From an uncultured Bacteroidales bacterium (lineage in GTDB: Bacteria > Bacteroidota > Bacteroidia > Bacteroidales > S143-33), in assembly GCA_964649975.1 (NCBI GenBank), contig CAZYSM010000008.1:3094-67093 (forward strand): 64,000 nt of DNA. Reading direction: 5' to 3'. The position numbers were made by a program, and so were the translations under genes. Shown here one piece after another: positions 30,223 through 39,789 of this stretch (positions are counted from its first letter, which is position 1; the number at the start of each line of letters is the position of its first letter). The notes under the pieces were generated by a model. The model saw only the letters and a list, made by a program, of their open reading frames with translations, was not told where the DNA came from and did no database searches.

Positions 30223-32889
30223 TTATTTCAATTTCATTCCAATGATAAGAATATCCATATCCTGAACGCCATAGAGATAATTCTCAAAAAATGTTTTCAT
30301 TTCTTTGAGAGAAGAAAGCTGGGACAAATTTGAAACAAAATCTTTAATCTCCTCCATTTTTACAATATGCTTTTTATCTATTAACAACTTTACAAAATTA
30401 TTAGTAAAACCAACAAAATAGGAATTCTCCTCCACATGATATACTTGACCATCTTTTCCTCCGGGAGAAAGCTGTATAAGCTTGTCATCAACAATGTATA
30501 GGAAATTATCAAGTGTAGAAGTCTTTATTTCTCCAGTGCCAGGACGGTAAAAAACTACAGATATCTCAATATTAGTACTCTCCAGATATTTGAATACTTC
30601 GGATTTAAAAGCAGATATAAAATCATCGGGTTTAATATCCTCATATTTTTTATTAATAAGACACTTATAACTCATTTCATTCATCAAGCTGAATGAAAGC
30701 AAGCTCACAAAAGCACCTTTAATACCGGAATATTCACTCTGGCCAAAAGCAAAAATCTCAAAATCATTCAGCTGGGAATACCACCAGAAATTACCAGCAA
30801 CAGGTTCACCAGATTTTGTAATAATAAAATGTTCCTTGCTTGCAGGACGGTTATACGGCGAATTCAACAGTGCATACTGAATTCTGTAAGCATACTGCAC
30901 ACTCTCACGTATCTGTTTGTTAAGTTCCTCAATAATAGCCTTTTGTTTATCCAGAGACTTTGTTTGCTCCGAGAGCATTTTATTCTTATTCTCCAATATC
31001 TCCTGCTGGGCTTTAATTTCTTCGTTCATGGAATTGATTATCTCTGCAGTTATACGCAGCTCCTCCACTTTTTCATCCAGATCAAAATTTCTCAATTCCA
31101 ATTCTTTATTCCTGGTCTCAATCTTTTTAGTGCGCTGCTGAACAATTTTCATCAAGTTTTTATTCAAATTCTCCAGATGCCGGAAAATATTAACATTATT
31201 AATTACGCTTGCTATCTGAGGACTTATAAGATTGAGCAATTTCTCATCGTCCTTAGTAAAATATGAATGCTGGTTTTCCAGATAAATTATTCCCAGGGGA
31301 TTATCTTTTACTCCAATTGTAGTCAGCAAAATTGACTTAAACTTAAGTGAAAGTTTCTTTTTTATTAAACGGTATAAATTATTTTTATCCGAAATAAAGA
31401 AAGCCTGATTGCTATGTACAGCCAGCTCCAAAAAATCATATAAAATTTGATTTATTTCTTTTTCACCTTTTTTTATTTCAACTTTTTGTGAGAATTCTTT
31501 TTCGTGCCTGTTATCAATCAAAGCATTAATATAAATTTTCTGATTTTCAATACTATAATAAGCAACTACGTCAGCATCAAAAGATTTTTTCAATATTCTT
31601 ATCAAATCCAATAAATTATCAAAATGCACCTGTCCCAGAAGCCGTTTTACATTATTCAATTTCTGGAAATAACGGGTAAGTTTTTCTGCTCTATTATATG
31701 TATTAATCTGTTTTTCAGATATTAAAATAGCCTGAGCAGCTATAAAAATAAACAAGCCAAAATCTGTTAGATACACTGACCTGATAACCTGGTACTCATA
31801 AAGAACGTCGTTAAGTGTAAAAATCGCCAATAAAATAATACTGGCAAAAGGTATCATTATCATCTTGTTATCCGAATAATTAATCCTCCTTATATAGCCC
31901 ACAATGACATATATAGCCAATATTGCCAATAATACAATAAACATAGAAAGGGTATGTGAGAAGACCTCGGTAGGCGTGACCAGCACCACCAGGCTGAGCA
32001 ATAACAAGATAGCCAGGGCTACTTTCAGTAAACCATTGAAAAAATCAGGCATATAACGCTTAAGCACCAGATAGAAAAATGCAAAAAGGAAGAATATTTT
32101 TAAATAATTAGTCAGGAAATTAACCTTATGCACGACCTCCCATCCCAGATTTGGGAATATCTGCATTATCAGAAAGTCGTCATTAAAAAGCGTGTAAATA
32201 CCTGCAAGTAAAATACTTATCCCCAGTAGAAGTGCGTCAAAATTCTTCCTGGTATAATTATATAGCCATAACAGGTAAATGGCAAAAATTATAAAAGCAC
32301 CGAAAATAAAGAAAACAGAAATGGATTTGCCCAGAAAAGTGTTATTGATATGCGGTGCCTGGCCTAAAATTGGGGCTTTTGCAATACCTCCATTACGGTG
32401 ATGGTGATTACTAACCTGTATGATTATTTGTACTGTATCTGTTGGAGCATAAAAATTTACTATTTGAGTGCCTCGCTTAGGTATTTCTTCTTTACGTGTT
32501 TTACCGACCCGTCCGTATGCCAGATAAAGCGAGTCGTTAATCCAAAGACGGTAGGCCGAAAAAACGTCAATAAGTTTTAGAGCATATAATTTCTTCTTTT
32601 GTGGTAAAATAACAGTAATCCTGTATGTGCCATACCCCGTAGAAGACAGACCATCAATAGCAATCCAGCTCTTAGGCACAGGTATCAACCTTCCTGACAA
32701 TAAGTGATTGTTTTTAAAATCCTGTGGTGTAAGTAACCTGTGCCAATAAAACTCCCACTGTCCGGCAAGGGACTTTTCCCGGAAATTAAAACAGCTAAAG
32801 TCATATACAACATGATGGAATTTACCACTACTGGCAAAGACAGTAGATAATGTAAAAAAGAAATATGTCAGCAAGAGCAGTTTTTTCAT
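30223..32889 (-). CDS. 7TMR-DISM-type membrane receptor with GAF-like, coiled-coil and degenerate PP2C (pseudophosphatase) domains
   Basis: 888 aa with signal peptide. Ectodomain motif GQWEFYWHRLLTPQDF, about 7 TM helices, and the coiled coil LNKNLMKIVQQRTKKIETRNKELELRNFDLDEKVEELR. C-terminal SpoIIE-like domain has substituted metal-binding positions (AGNFWW, AFGQSEYSG, GFTNNFVK). Confidence 0.75.
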   Translation of the reverse strand: MKKLLLLTYFFFTLSTVFASSGKFHHVVYDFSCFNFREKSLAGQWEFYWHRLLTPQDFKNNHLLSGRLIPVPKSWIAIDGLSSTGYGTYRITVILPQKKKLYALKLIDVFSAYRLWINDSLYLAYGRVGKTRKEEIPKRGTQIVNFYAPTDTVQIIIQVSNHHHRNGGIAKAPILGQAPHINNTFLGKSISVFFIFGAFIIFAIYLLWLYNYTRKNFDALLLGISILLAGIYTLFNDDFLIMQIFPNLGWEVVHKVNFLTNYLKIFFLFAFFYLVLKRYMPDFFNGLLKVALAILLLLSLVVLVTPTEVFSHTLSMFIVLLAILAIYVIVGYIRRINYSDNKMIMIPFASIILLAIFTLNDVLYEYQVIRSVYLTDFGLFIFIAAQAILISEKQINTYNRAEKLTRYFQKLNNVKRLLGQVHFDNLLDLIRILKKSFDADVVAYYSIENQKIYINALIDNRHEKEFSQKVEIKKGEKEINQILYDFLELAVHSNQAFFISDKNNLYRLIKKKLSLKFKSILLTTIGVKDNPLGIIYLENQHSYFTKDDEKLLNLISPQIASVINNVNIFRHLENLNKNLMKIVQQRTKKIETRNKELELRNFDLDEKVEELRITAEIINSMNEEIKAQQEILENKNKMLSEQTKSLDKQKAIIEELNKQIRESVQYAYRIQYALLNSPYNRPASKEHFIITKSGEPVAGNFWWYSQLNDFEIFAFGQSEYSGIKGAFVSLLSFSLMNEMSYKCLINKKYEDIKPDDFISAFKSEVFKYLESTNIEISVVFYRPGTGEIKTSTLDNFLYIVDDKLIQLSPGGKDGQVYHVEENSYFVGFTNNFVKLLIDKKHIVKMEEIKDFVSNLSQLSSLKEMKTFFENYLYGVQDMDILIIGMKLK

Positions 32890-32893
32890 CTTA

Positions 32894-35737
32894 TCAAATT
32901 ATTATTCCAACAATTAGCACATCATCAGTCTGGTCGGTCTGACCTTTCCATTCCTTAAAAGTAGTATATAAAATCTCTTTCTGTAATGAAGCCGGATACC
33001 CAGAAATCTCAATTAATAATTTTCTAAAATTCTTTTTGTAGAATTTCTCGCCCAGAGGATTAAACTGGTCGGCATATCCATCGCTGAACATATACAAGCG
33101 GTCTCCTTGCTTGAGTGTAATAGTTTTATCCGTAAAAGACTTAATTTTAGATATCTTGACATACATTCCAACAGGGAAACGGTCACCTCTAAGCTCAATA
33201 AGCTCTCCATCCCTAATCACCCACAAAGGCATATAAGCGCCAGCAAATTCCAAAAGTTTAGTATCTGGATTATACAGTGCCAGTGCCATATCCATACCGT
33301 CGTGTACAGCAGAATAAGAATAAGAAGAATCGCTGCCCAGGGCTTTTAGCAACTTATCCCTCAGCAGATAAAGAATATGCGAAGGAGTAATATCTGGATT
33401 CTTTTCAAGCACAAAATATTCCCTGATAATATCATCAAGTAATGTGGCACCAAGGATACTCATAAAAGCTCCGGGAATACTATGGCCGGTACAATCAGCT
33501 GCTACCAACAGAACTTTTCCACCCAGATTACGCAGCCAGTAAAAATCGCCACCTACTAATCCTCGTGGCTGATAAAATACAAAATAATCCCTGAATGGCA
33601 ATCCCGTATCTTCCTGTAAAACAAAGGCCTGTATATTTCGTGCAAATTCCAAACTCTCCCTGTAAATTTTATTTTGATGCTCAGCAAAATTCTTCTGTCT
33701 CAATATCTCGTTATGCAGCTTCTCAAGTTCAAATGACTTTTGTTCAATGACTGTTTTATTGTGCTCTAATTCCAGATTAATTGTATTAAGCTCCTCATTA
33801 TAAGCCTGCAACTCTTCCATTTTTTCCCTTAGCTCTGTCTCTTTCTTTTTTAACTCAGCTTCTTTTTCCTTCAAAACTTTGGTTCTTTCGGCCACTATGG
33901 TTTCCAGTTTCAGATTTAACTGTCTCAATTTCTCAAAATTTTCCGCATTATTTTTCATGGAAACCAACTGCGAAGCTGATGCTTCAAGGATTCTTTTGTG
34001 TATCAAATTGATAAACTTATAATATTCCTCAAAATATAACAGAGAAACTACTTCTCCCCGCTGCTTAAGCGAAGTGGCCATAACCGACTTAACACCTCTG
34101 CGTGCCATATACGCTGACAAAGGAAACTTATCGGAAATACGCCGGTTCTCCACCAAACGCTTTTCTTTTTTGCTAACAGGATAAATAAATGTTCTTCCGG
34201 TCTCATCTGCTTGCTTTATCACATCAGCAGGTAAAAACTCCTGACCCAACTGGGATAATCCAGTGGAAATTTCCTTCAATTTATTCAATTTCACCTCATA
34301 ACGCACAAAATAATCCTTCTCCTTGTCTATCCATACACCGCGGCTAAGTTTCAAAACACTGGCAACAACTTTCAAGGCTCTTCCAATATCATAAAAAGGA
34401 ATTTTCAGCAGCTCGTTTCGTAACACATCCAATTTCTTCAAAATATAGGAGTAAATGATAATCTGACGTTCAGCCCGGGCATTATGCATAGCCATCATAA
34501 TGGATAAAGTAAACAGAAAAACAAACAAGCCAAAGCCAGACATATAAAATGTGTGAAGAATATTGAAATCATAAAGGATATCATTCAAACCAGTAAAAAA
34601 TACCGCACCAATGCCCAGAAGAGTATATAAAGCTCCAATCTGATACTTAATAGATTTCATCAAAATAAAGACCACATAGAAAATAGAAATCATGGCCAGG
34701 AACATATACAAATACAATAGCCACTGGAAAGATGATACCGGCGCAAAAATACTGTAAATACATCCTACAGAAGCAATAACAGTGAAGAAAACCAGAACTT
34801 TAAAACTAAATTCTTTTTTCAATAACTGATACAAATAATTCAGGAATGTAAGTGTCCGATAGAAAAACAAGAAGAAAAGCAAGTGCAAACCTAAATACCA
34901 GCTTAAATTCGGAAAGATACGATAAAGCACGTATTCACCGTCCAGCCCGGTAATCAAAGCCTGGCCTACCAGTGTGATAACAAAATAAATAGCACTGAGG
35001 TCCTCTTTTTTGTAGTAAAAAACAAAAAAGAAAAACAGGGCAAATATCAACATTGTGCCCATCAAGGCCGAATCAATTCCTACATTAATAATATCAAATT
35101 TCTGCATCAATGAAGGCCTTCCCACCACAATCTGACGGACTATACCCGCCTTAAAATGCTGATAATTACTCACCTGCAAAACAATATCCAGACTATCTCC
35201 ATCTATATGAAGATAATATGTTTCGGGCAGCCAGGTCGGTTTTGAATGTTTAGCATCAGTGGCAACTTTTCCGTGTTCATCAATAAAACGTCCATTTATC
35301 CACAAACGATACTGATTGAAAATTCCGTGGAAAGAAAGCCCTATTTCATGAATATCAGGTGGTAATTTGATTTTTAGATGATAAGTGGCATATCCGAATT
35401 TACCAGGATGTGTTCCGTCGGGTAAAACATATTTCGTCCAGGTCTGCGGTACAGAAACATAGTAAGGTTTGTATTTACCTGTCTGCAAATCCTCAGGCGT
35501 CAATAACTGTTTCCAATAAAATTCCCATTGTCCGTAAAGCCCGAAAACCTTTTCCTGCCATGGTGCAGCGGATAAATCCATCTTTCCATTGTGGGCATAA
35601 ATAATATCCCGGGTAACAAGAAAGGATTTACCATACCCCGCCACATAAAATACTAAGAGACTAATTACTAACAAACTATGCTTTAACAATATGTCTATGT
35701 GAAAATTTCTCCTCAAGGCCGCAGATATATTTTTCAA
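32894..35737 (-). CDS. 7TMR-DISM-type membrane receptor PP2C serine phosphatase (SpoIIE family)
   Basis: 947 aa. Ectodomain motif GQWEFYWKQLLTPEDL, about 7 TM helices, GAF-like segment and coiled coil. PP2C motifs are intact: GGDFYW, AADCTGHSIPGAFMS, HDGMDMA, FSDGYADQ, TDDVLIVG. Confidence 0.85.
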   Translation of the reverse strand: MKNISAALRRNFHIDILLKHSLLVISLLVFYVAGYGKSFLVTRDIIYAHNGKMDLSAAPWQEKVFGLYGQWEFYWKQLLTPEDLQTGKYKPYYVSVPQTWTKYVLPDGTHPGKFGYATYHLKIKLPPDIHEIGLSFHGIFNQYRLWINGRFIDEHGKVATDAKHSKPTWLPETYYLHIDGDSLDIVLQVSNYQHFKAGIVRQIVVGRPSLMQKFDIINVGIDSALMGTMLIFALFFFFVFYYKKEDLSAIYFVITLVGQALITGLDGEYVLYRIFPNLSWYLGLHLLFFLFFYRTLTFLNYLYQLLKKEFSFKVLVFFTVIASVGCIYSIFAPVSSFQWLLYLYMFLAMISIFYVVFILMKSIKYQIGALYTLLGIGAVFFTGLNDILYDFNILHTFYMSGFGLFVFLFTLSIMMAMHNARAERQIIIYSYILKKLDVLRNELLKIPFYDIGRALKVVASVLKLSRGVWIDKEKDYFVRYEVKLNKLKEISTGLSQLGQEFLPADVIKQADETGRTFIYPVSKKEKRLVENRRISDKFPLSAYMARRGVKSVMATSLKQRGEVVSLLYFEEYYKFINLIHKRILEASASQLVSMKNNAENFEKLRQLNLKLETIVAERTKVLKEKEAELKKKETELREKMEELQAYNEELNTINLELEHNKTVIEQKSFELEKLHNEILRQKNFAEHQNKIYRESLEFARNIQAFVLQEDTGLPFRDYFVFYQPRGLVGGDFYWLRNLGGKVLLVAADCTGHSIPGAFMSILGATLLDDIIREYFVLEKNPDITPSHILYLLRDKLLKALGSDSSYSYSAVHDGMDMALALYNPDTKLLEFAGAYMPLWVIRDGELIELRGDRFPVGMYVKISKIKSFTDKTITLKQGDRLYMFSDGYADQFNPLGEKFYKKNFRKLLIEISGYPASLQKEILYTTFKEWKGQTDQTDDVLIVGIII

Positions 35738-35798
35738 AGTTTTAAATTTAATAAAAAAACTAAAAAATACAACTATTTTTTTGCCGGGATTTTAATTT

Positions 35799-35806
35799 TA
35801 TTTTTG
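35799..35806 (+). promoter_or_regulatory. candidate -7 promoter box upstream of tdk
   Basis: TATTTTTGca lies 25 nt upstream of the tdk ATG and matches TAnnTTTG. The nearest upstream TTTG is only 15 nt away, which is non-canonical spacing. Confidence 0.3.
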
Positions 35807-35831
35807 CAATAAATTACAAATATCGTGCACA

Positions 35832-36419
35832 ATGTTTCTGGAAAATACAGTTAATCCTCAGAATCACAGCGGTTGGATAGAAGTAATCACAGGTTCTATG
35901 TTTTCGGGTAAAACCGAAGAATTAATACGGCGCCTGCGCAGGGCACAAATAGCCAAGCAAAAAGTAGCTATTTTCAAACCACAACTTGATACTCGCTATT
36001 CCGAAAAAGAAATCGTATCTCACGACTCCAATTATATCGAATCCGTGCCTGTAGCCTCTGCAAAAGAAATTCTTGAAAAATACGGAGATGCAGATGTCAT
36101 CGGGATAGATGAGGCACAGTTTTTTGACAATGAAATAATCAATGTCTGCAACCAATTGGCTAATAAAGGGAAAAGAGTCATTGTGGCAGGGCTGGACATG
36201 GATTATAAAGGACAACCTTTTGGTCCTATGCCTGCACTGATGGCCATTGCCGAATATGTTACCAAAGTGCATGCTATATGTATCCGCTGTGGCAACCTTG
36301 CCCATTACTCCCACCGTATTAGTGCCAGTCAATCTTTAATAGAACTGGGAGAAAAAGACAAATACGAGCCCCTGTGCCGTTCCTGCTACATCAAAGCCAC
36401 TGAAAATCAAGAGGATTAA
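35832..36419 (+). CDS. tdk: thymidine kinase
   Basis: 195 aa. P-loop [24 protein letters not shown], and zinc-ribbon C..C...C..C at the C-terminus. Confidence 0.95.
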   Translation: MFLENTVNPQNHSGWIEVITGSMFSGKTEELIRRLRRAQIAKQKVAIFKPQLDTRYSEKEIVSHDSNYIESVPVASAKEILEKYGDADVIGIDEAQFFDNEIINVCNQLANKGKRVIVAGLDMDYKGQPFGPMPALMAIAEYVTKVHAICIRCGNLAHYSHRISASQSLIELGEKDKYEPLCRSCYIKATENQED

Positions 36420-36667
36420 TGAGAAAAATTCTGATATTCATCATAAAAATTTACCAGCGTGTGATTTCTCCGCTGACAGCTCCATCGTGCCGGCATATAC
36501 CCACATGCTCGGCCTATACCATAGAAGCCATAGATAAACATGGTGCTATCCGTGGAAGCTGGCTGGCTCTCAAACGTATTACCAGATGTCATCCATGGGG
36601 TACAAGCGGATATGACCCTGTACCACCACCACGTAAAATAAATGCTAAAAATCTTAAATTATGTTAG
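36419..36667 (+). CDS. yidD: membrane protein insertion efficiency factor YidD
   Basis: 82 aa. Contains [54 protein letters not shown]. Confidence 0.93.
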   Translation: MRKILIFIIKIYQRVISPLTAPSCRHIPTCSAYTIEAIDKHGAIRGSWLALKRITRCHPWGTSGYDPVPPPRKINAKNLKLC

Positions 36668-38379
36668 CCCCTATTGATTGGCTGATTATTGCTGCTTATA
36701 TAGCGCTAACAATAATTATTGGGCTCAAATATAAAGATAAATCTTCTGGGTCCTTAACGGATTATTTCCTGAGCGGACGTAATCTTCCGTGGTGGGTGGC
36801 AGGGCTATCCATGGTTGCCACAACATTTGCAGCCGACACTCCGCTGGCTGTGACTGAGCTGGTCGGAAAATCCGGAATATCAGGAAACTGGCTGTGGTGG
36901 AATTTCCTCATTGGCGGAATGCTTACCACGCTGTTCTTTGCCCATCTGTGGCGACGTGCAGAGGTCCTCACCGAAGTGGAACTGCTTAAAATCCGCTACA
37001 GCGGAAAAATCGTGGACTGGCTACGGGGGTTTAAAGCTCTTTATCTTGGTCTGCTGATGAACGGTCTCATTATAGCTTGGGTAAACCTGGCTCTGATGTC
37101 CATTCTGGAAGTATTCTTTGGCATCCACGGACAAATCCTCTTGTGGATAATGCTGGGAGCAATGATTATTGCTGTGATTTATTCCACACTATCCGGGCTG
37201 TGGGGTGTTGCTGTTACGGACGTTGTGCAATTTATCATAGCTATGACAGGGTCTATTGTTCTGGCCGTGCTGGTCATAAACAGCGATAAAATCGGCGGTA
37301 TCAGCGGATTAAAAGCCCAGGTGCCAGAGGGAGCATTGTCTTTCTTTCCGAGGATAGGCAGCCATAATGCAGGAGAGATGTTAACCATTTCTGTGGGGGC
37401 TTTTCTGGCATATGGGCTGTTCCAGTGGTGGGCCAGCTGGTATCCCGGCGCTGAGCCCGGAGGTGGTGGATATATTGCCCAGCGTATGATGAGCACAAAA
37501 AACGAACGCCATTCAATCTTTGCCACTCTGCTGTTTCAGATTTCCCACTATGCCCTACGGCCGTGGCCATGGATACTGGTAGGACTGGCAGCTCTCGTGT
37601 TGTACCCCGGGCTGGATGCCCAGCATCTGCGTTTCGGATATGTCTATGCCATGCGTGATTTCCTGCCAACAGGATGGAAAGGCCTTATCCTTGTCGCTTT
37701 TCTGGCAGCATATATGAGTACTATATCCACGCAGCTGAATTTTGGCGCAAGTATATTGACCAATGATTTTTATCTACTCTTGCAGCGCAAACCATTGACA
37801 GACAGGCAAAAAGTCCTTGCAGCAAAGATAATTACATTAATCCTGGTAATTACATCATTACTGTTCACTTCAATTATTAATTCCATCTCCGGCGTATGGT
37901 CATTTATTATTGAATGTGGGGCAGGGTTGGGACTGGTGCTAATTCTGCGCTGGTACTGGTGGAGGATAAATGCATGGTCAGAGCTGGCAGCTATGATAAC
38001 CCCGTTTATTGTTTATGCGGTTAGCCGTTTTATTTTCCATCTGGAGTTTCCGGTATCGTATTTTATAACTGTTGGCATAACCACAGCCATTTGGCTGGTA
38101 GTGACTTTGCTAACACCTGCTGTGGATGGGAAGGTATTAAACGATTTTTACGCAAAAGTCCGCCCCGGAGGTTGGTGGAAACCCGTAGAAAAAGCCACTG
38201 GCATAAAAGGGGATTTCCGCCCCGTAAGACTGCTGGCATGGCTGGGCGCCGTAATAGCAGGCTACGGAACATTGTTTCTCCTGGGCGGAATAATTTTCGG
38301 CTTGTGGCATGATGTTTTGATTTATACGTTTATGACAGTTATAGGCCTAATTGTTTTCGTGAAATTCCTGGATTTTTAA
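36661..38379 (+). CDS. sodium:solute symporter (SSF) family transporter
   Basis: 572 aa with about 13 predicted TM helices. SSF-like N-terminus [29 protein letters not shown]. Confidence 0.8.
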   Translation: MLAPIDWLIIAAYIALTIIIGLKYKDKSSGSLTDYFLSGRNLPWWVAGLSMVATTFAADTPLAVTELVGKSGISGNWLWWNFLIGGMLTTLFFAHLWRRAEVLTEVELLKIRYSGKIVDWLRGFKALYLGLLMNGLIIAWVNLALMSILEVFFGIHGQILLWIMLGAMIIAVIYSTLSGLWGVAVTDVVQFIIAMTGSIVLAVLVINSDKIGGISGLKAQVPEGALSFFPRIGSHNAGEMLTISVGAFLAYGLFQWWASWYPGAEPGGGGYIAQRMMSTKNERHSIFATLLFQISHYALRPWPWILVGLAALVLYPGLDAQHLRFGYVYAMRDFLPTGWKGLILVAFLAAYMSTISTQLNFGASILTNDFYLLLQRKPLTDRQKVLAAKIITLILVITSLLFTSIINSISGVWSFIIECGAGLGLVLILRWYWWRINAWSELAAMITPFIVYAVSRFIFHLEFPVSYFITVGITTAIWLVVTLLTPAVDGKVLNDFYAKVRPGGWWKPVEKATGIKGDFRPVRLLAWLGAVIAGYGTLFLLGGIIFGLWHDVLIYTFMTVIGLIVFVKFLDF

Positions 38380-38969
38380 TTACTGCCCTGCATCAGAGCC
38401 TCTGTTGCCATATAAGCATATAATCCAGCCACGATGCCTGCTGTTGTCTCCATGACCTTACGCCGTTTGAGACCTACTTCATAACCCAGGCGATAATAAG
38501 ATTTTCCTTCGGGTTTGACAGGCTTTGCTGCTACTGCCGTGAAATTCAAAAGCGACGGAATATTACGCACCACTGTATTTGTTCCGCCAAGCACAACATT
38601 TGAAGTATAAGTCAGCAAAAAACTAATGATAAAATTCCTGTAATGTTTGGTGTGGAACCCATCGTCAATACCTTTTAATATCATAAAGACATCTTTTTTT
38701 GACAGGTTCCAATCTTTATCATAGTAAAAATACAAGGTATCGTCAGGCATAGTAACAGCAAAAACCTCCTCAAAATAAGCTATTTTAGCACACCCATTAA
38801 TTTTTGAGTAATAGATGCATCTGGTCATGCTGTCAATGTCAAAAAATGACGGGTTTCTTACCACAGTACCATCCAGAAACCATATAGCTACTGGCTGAAA
38901 AGCAGCAGCATCAATTGCCGGTAAAAACCAGCACATTAACAAACAAAGGAGTAAATTTTTAGCTTTCAT
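38376..38969 (-). CDS. hypothetical secreted/membrane protein
   Basis: 197 aa with signal peptide MKAKNLLLCLLMCWFLPAIDAAAF and a hydrophobic C-terminal segment. No recognisable motifs. Confidence 0.45.
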   Translation of the reverse strand: MKAKNLLLCLLMCWFLPAIDAAAFQPVAIWFLDGTVVRNPSFFDIDSMTRCIYYSKINGCAKIAYFEEVFAVTMPDDTLYFYYDKDWNLSKKDVFMILKGIDDGFHTKHYRNFIISFLLTYTSNVVLGGTNTVVRNIPSLLNFTAVAAKPVKPEGKSYYRLGYEVGLKRRKVMETTAGIVAGLYAYMATEALMQGSN

Positions 38970-39310
38970 GGCACCAGGTTTTTGGGTTTTTCACTTAAAA
39001 AAACGGAAAGAAAATTTTCTGGGTTTAAAGAAAAGACTAAAAAAAAGTTAATTAAATCACTGTAAATCAATAAATAAACAAAGATAAAAAACGAATTTAA
39101 TCTGGAAAGGTTTTATTATAAAAATTAGTTAAGTTAAATACTAATTTTATTCCAAAAAGACATCTAATTTACTAATAATAAAAAAACTTAGACACATCTC
39201 AAAGATAAAAAACACAACGGATAATTATAGAAAATTTAAAAAATAAAAATACTTCATGTAAAACATAATTTTTCCGGCTACAAACAAATAATTTCTTTCA
39301 AATATAATGA

Positions 39311-39745
39311 TTATAACTTTTTCACCATAAGTCGGTGAGGCATAGCGACTTCCACGAACTCATCTCCTATAACAGAATAACCAAGTTTTTTATAAAAATC
39401 CACAACATAATAACGTGCATGTAAAATAACTCTTTCAAATCCCCGGGAACGCGCATAATCCTCAGCAAAAAGCATAAGTTTTTTTCCTATGCCTTTTCCC
39501 TGGACAGAATAATCCGTAGCGACCTGACGGATTTTCACAGTTTTATCATCTACAGGCTTTGCAAGGACAGTACCAACGACTTTGCCATCCTTCAGTGCGA
39601 CTATATGGATATTATTCTTATCCTGAAGTAGGAACTCTGGAGTAAACCTCGTTCCCAGGGGAATACGCAAAAGTTTCTCGCGCAAAGCAACAGCCTGATT
39701 ATACAGAGGTGAGTTAAACCCAACAATTTTTATCTCAATGCCCAT
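39311..39745 (-). CDS. GNAT family N-acetyltransferase
   Basis: 144 aa. Acetyl-CoA motif RQVATDYSVQGKGIGKKLMLFAEDYARSRGF. Confidence 0.85.
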   Translation of the reverse strand: MGIEIKIVGFNSPLYNQAVALREKLLRIPLGTRFTPEFLLQDKNNIHIVALKDGKVVGTVLAKPVDDKTVKIRQVATDYSVQGKGIGKKLMLFAEDYARSRGFERVILHARYYVVDFYKKLGYSVIGDEFVEVAMPHRLMVKKL

Positions 39746-39789
39746 TGTTTAAATTGTTTTACTAATTTTACTCAAAAAATACATCTTTT

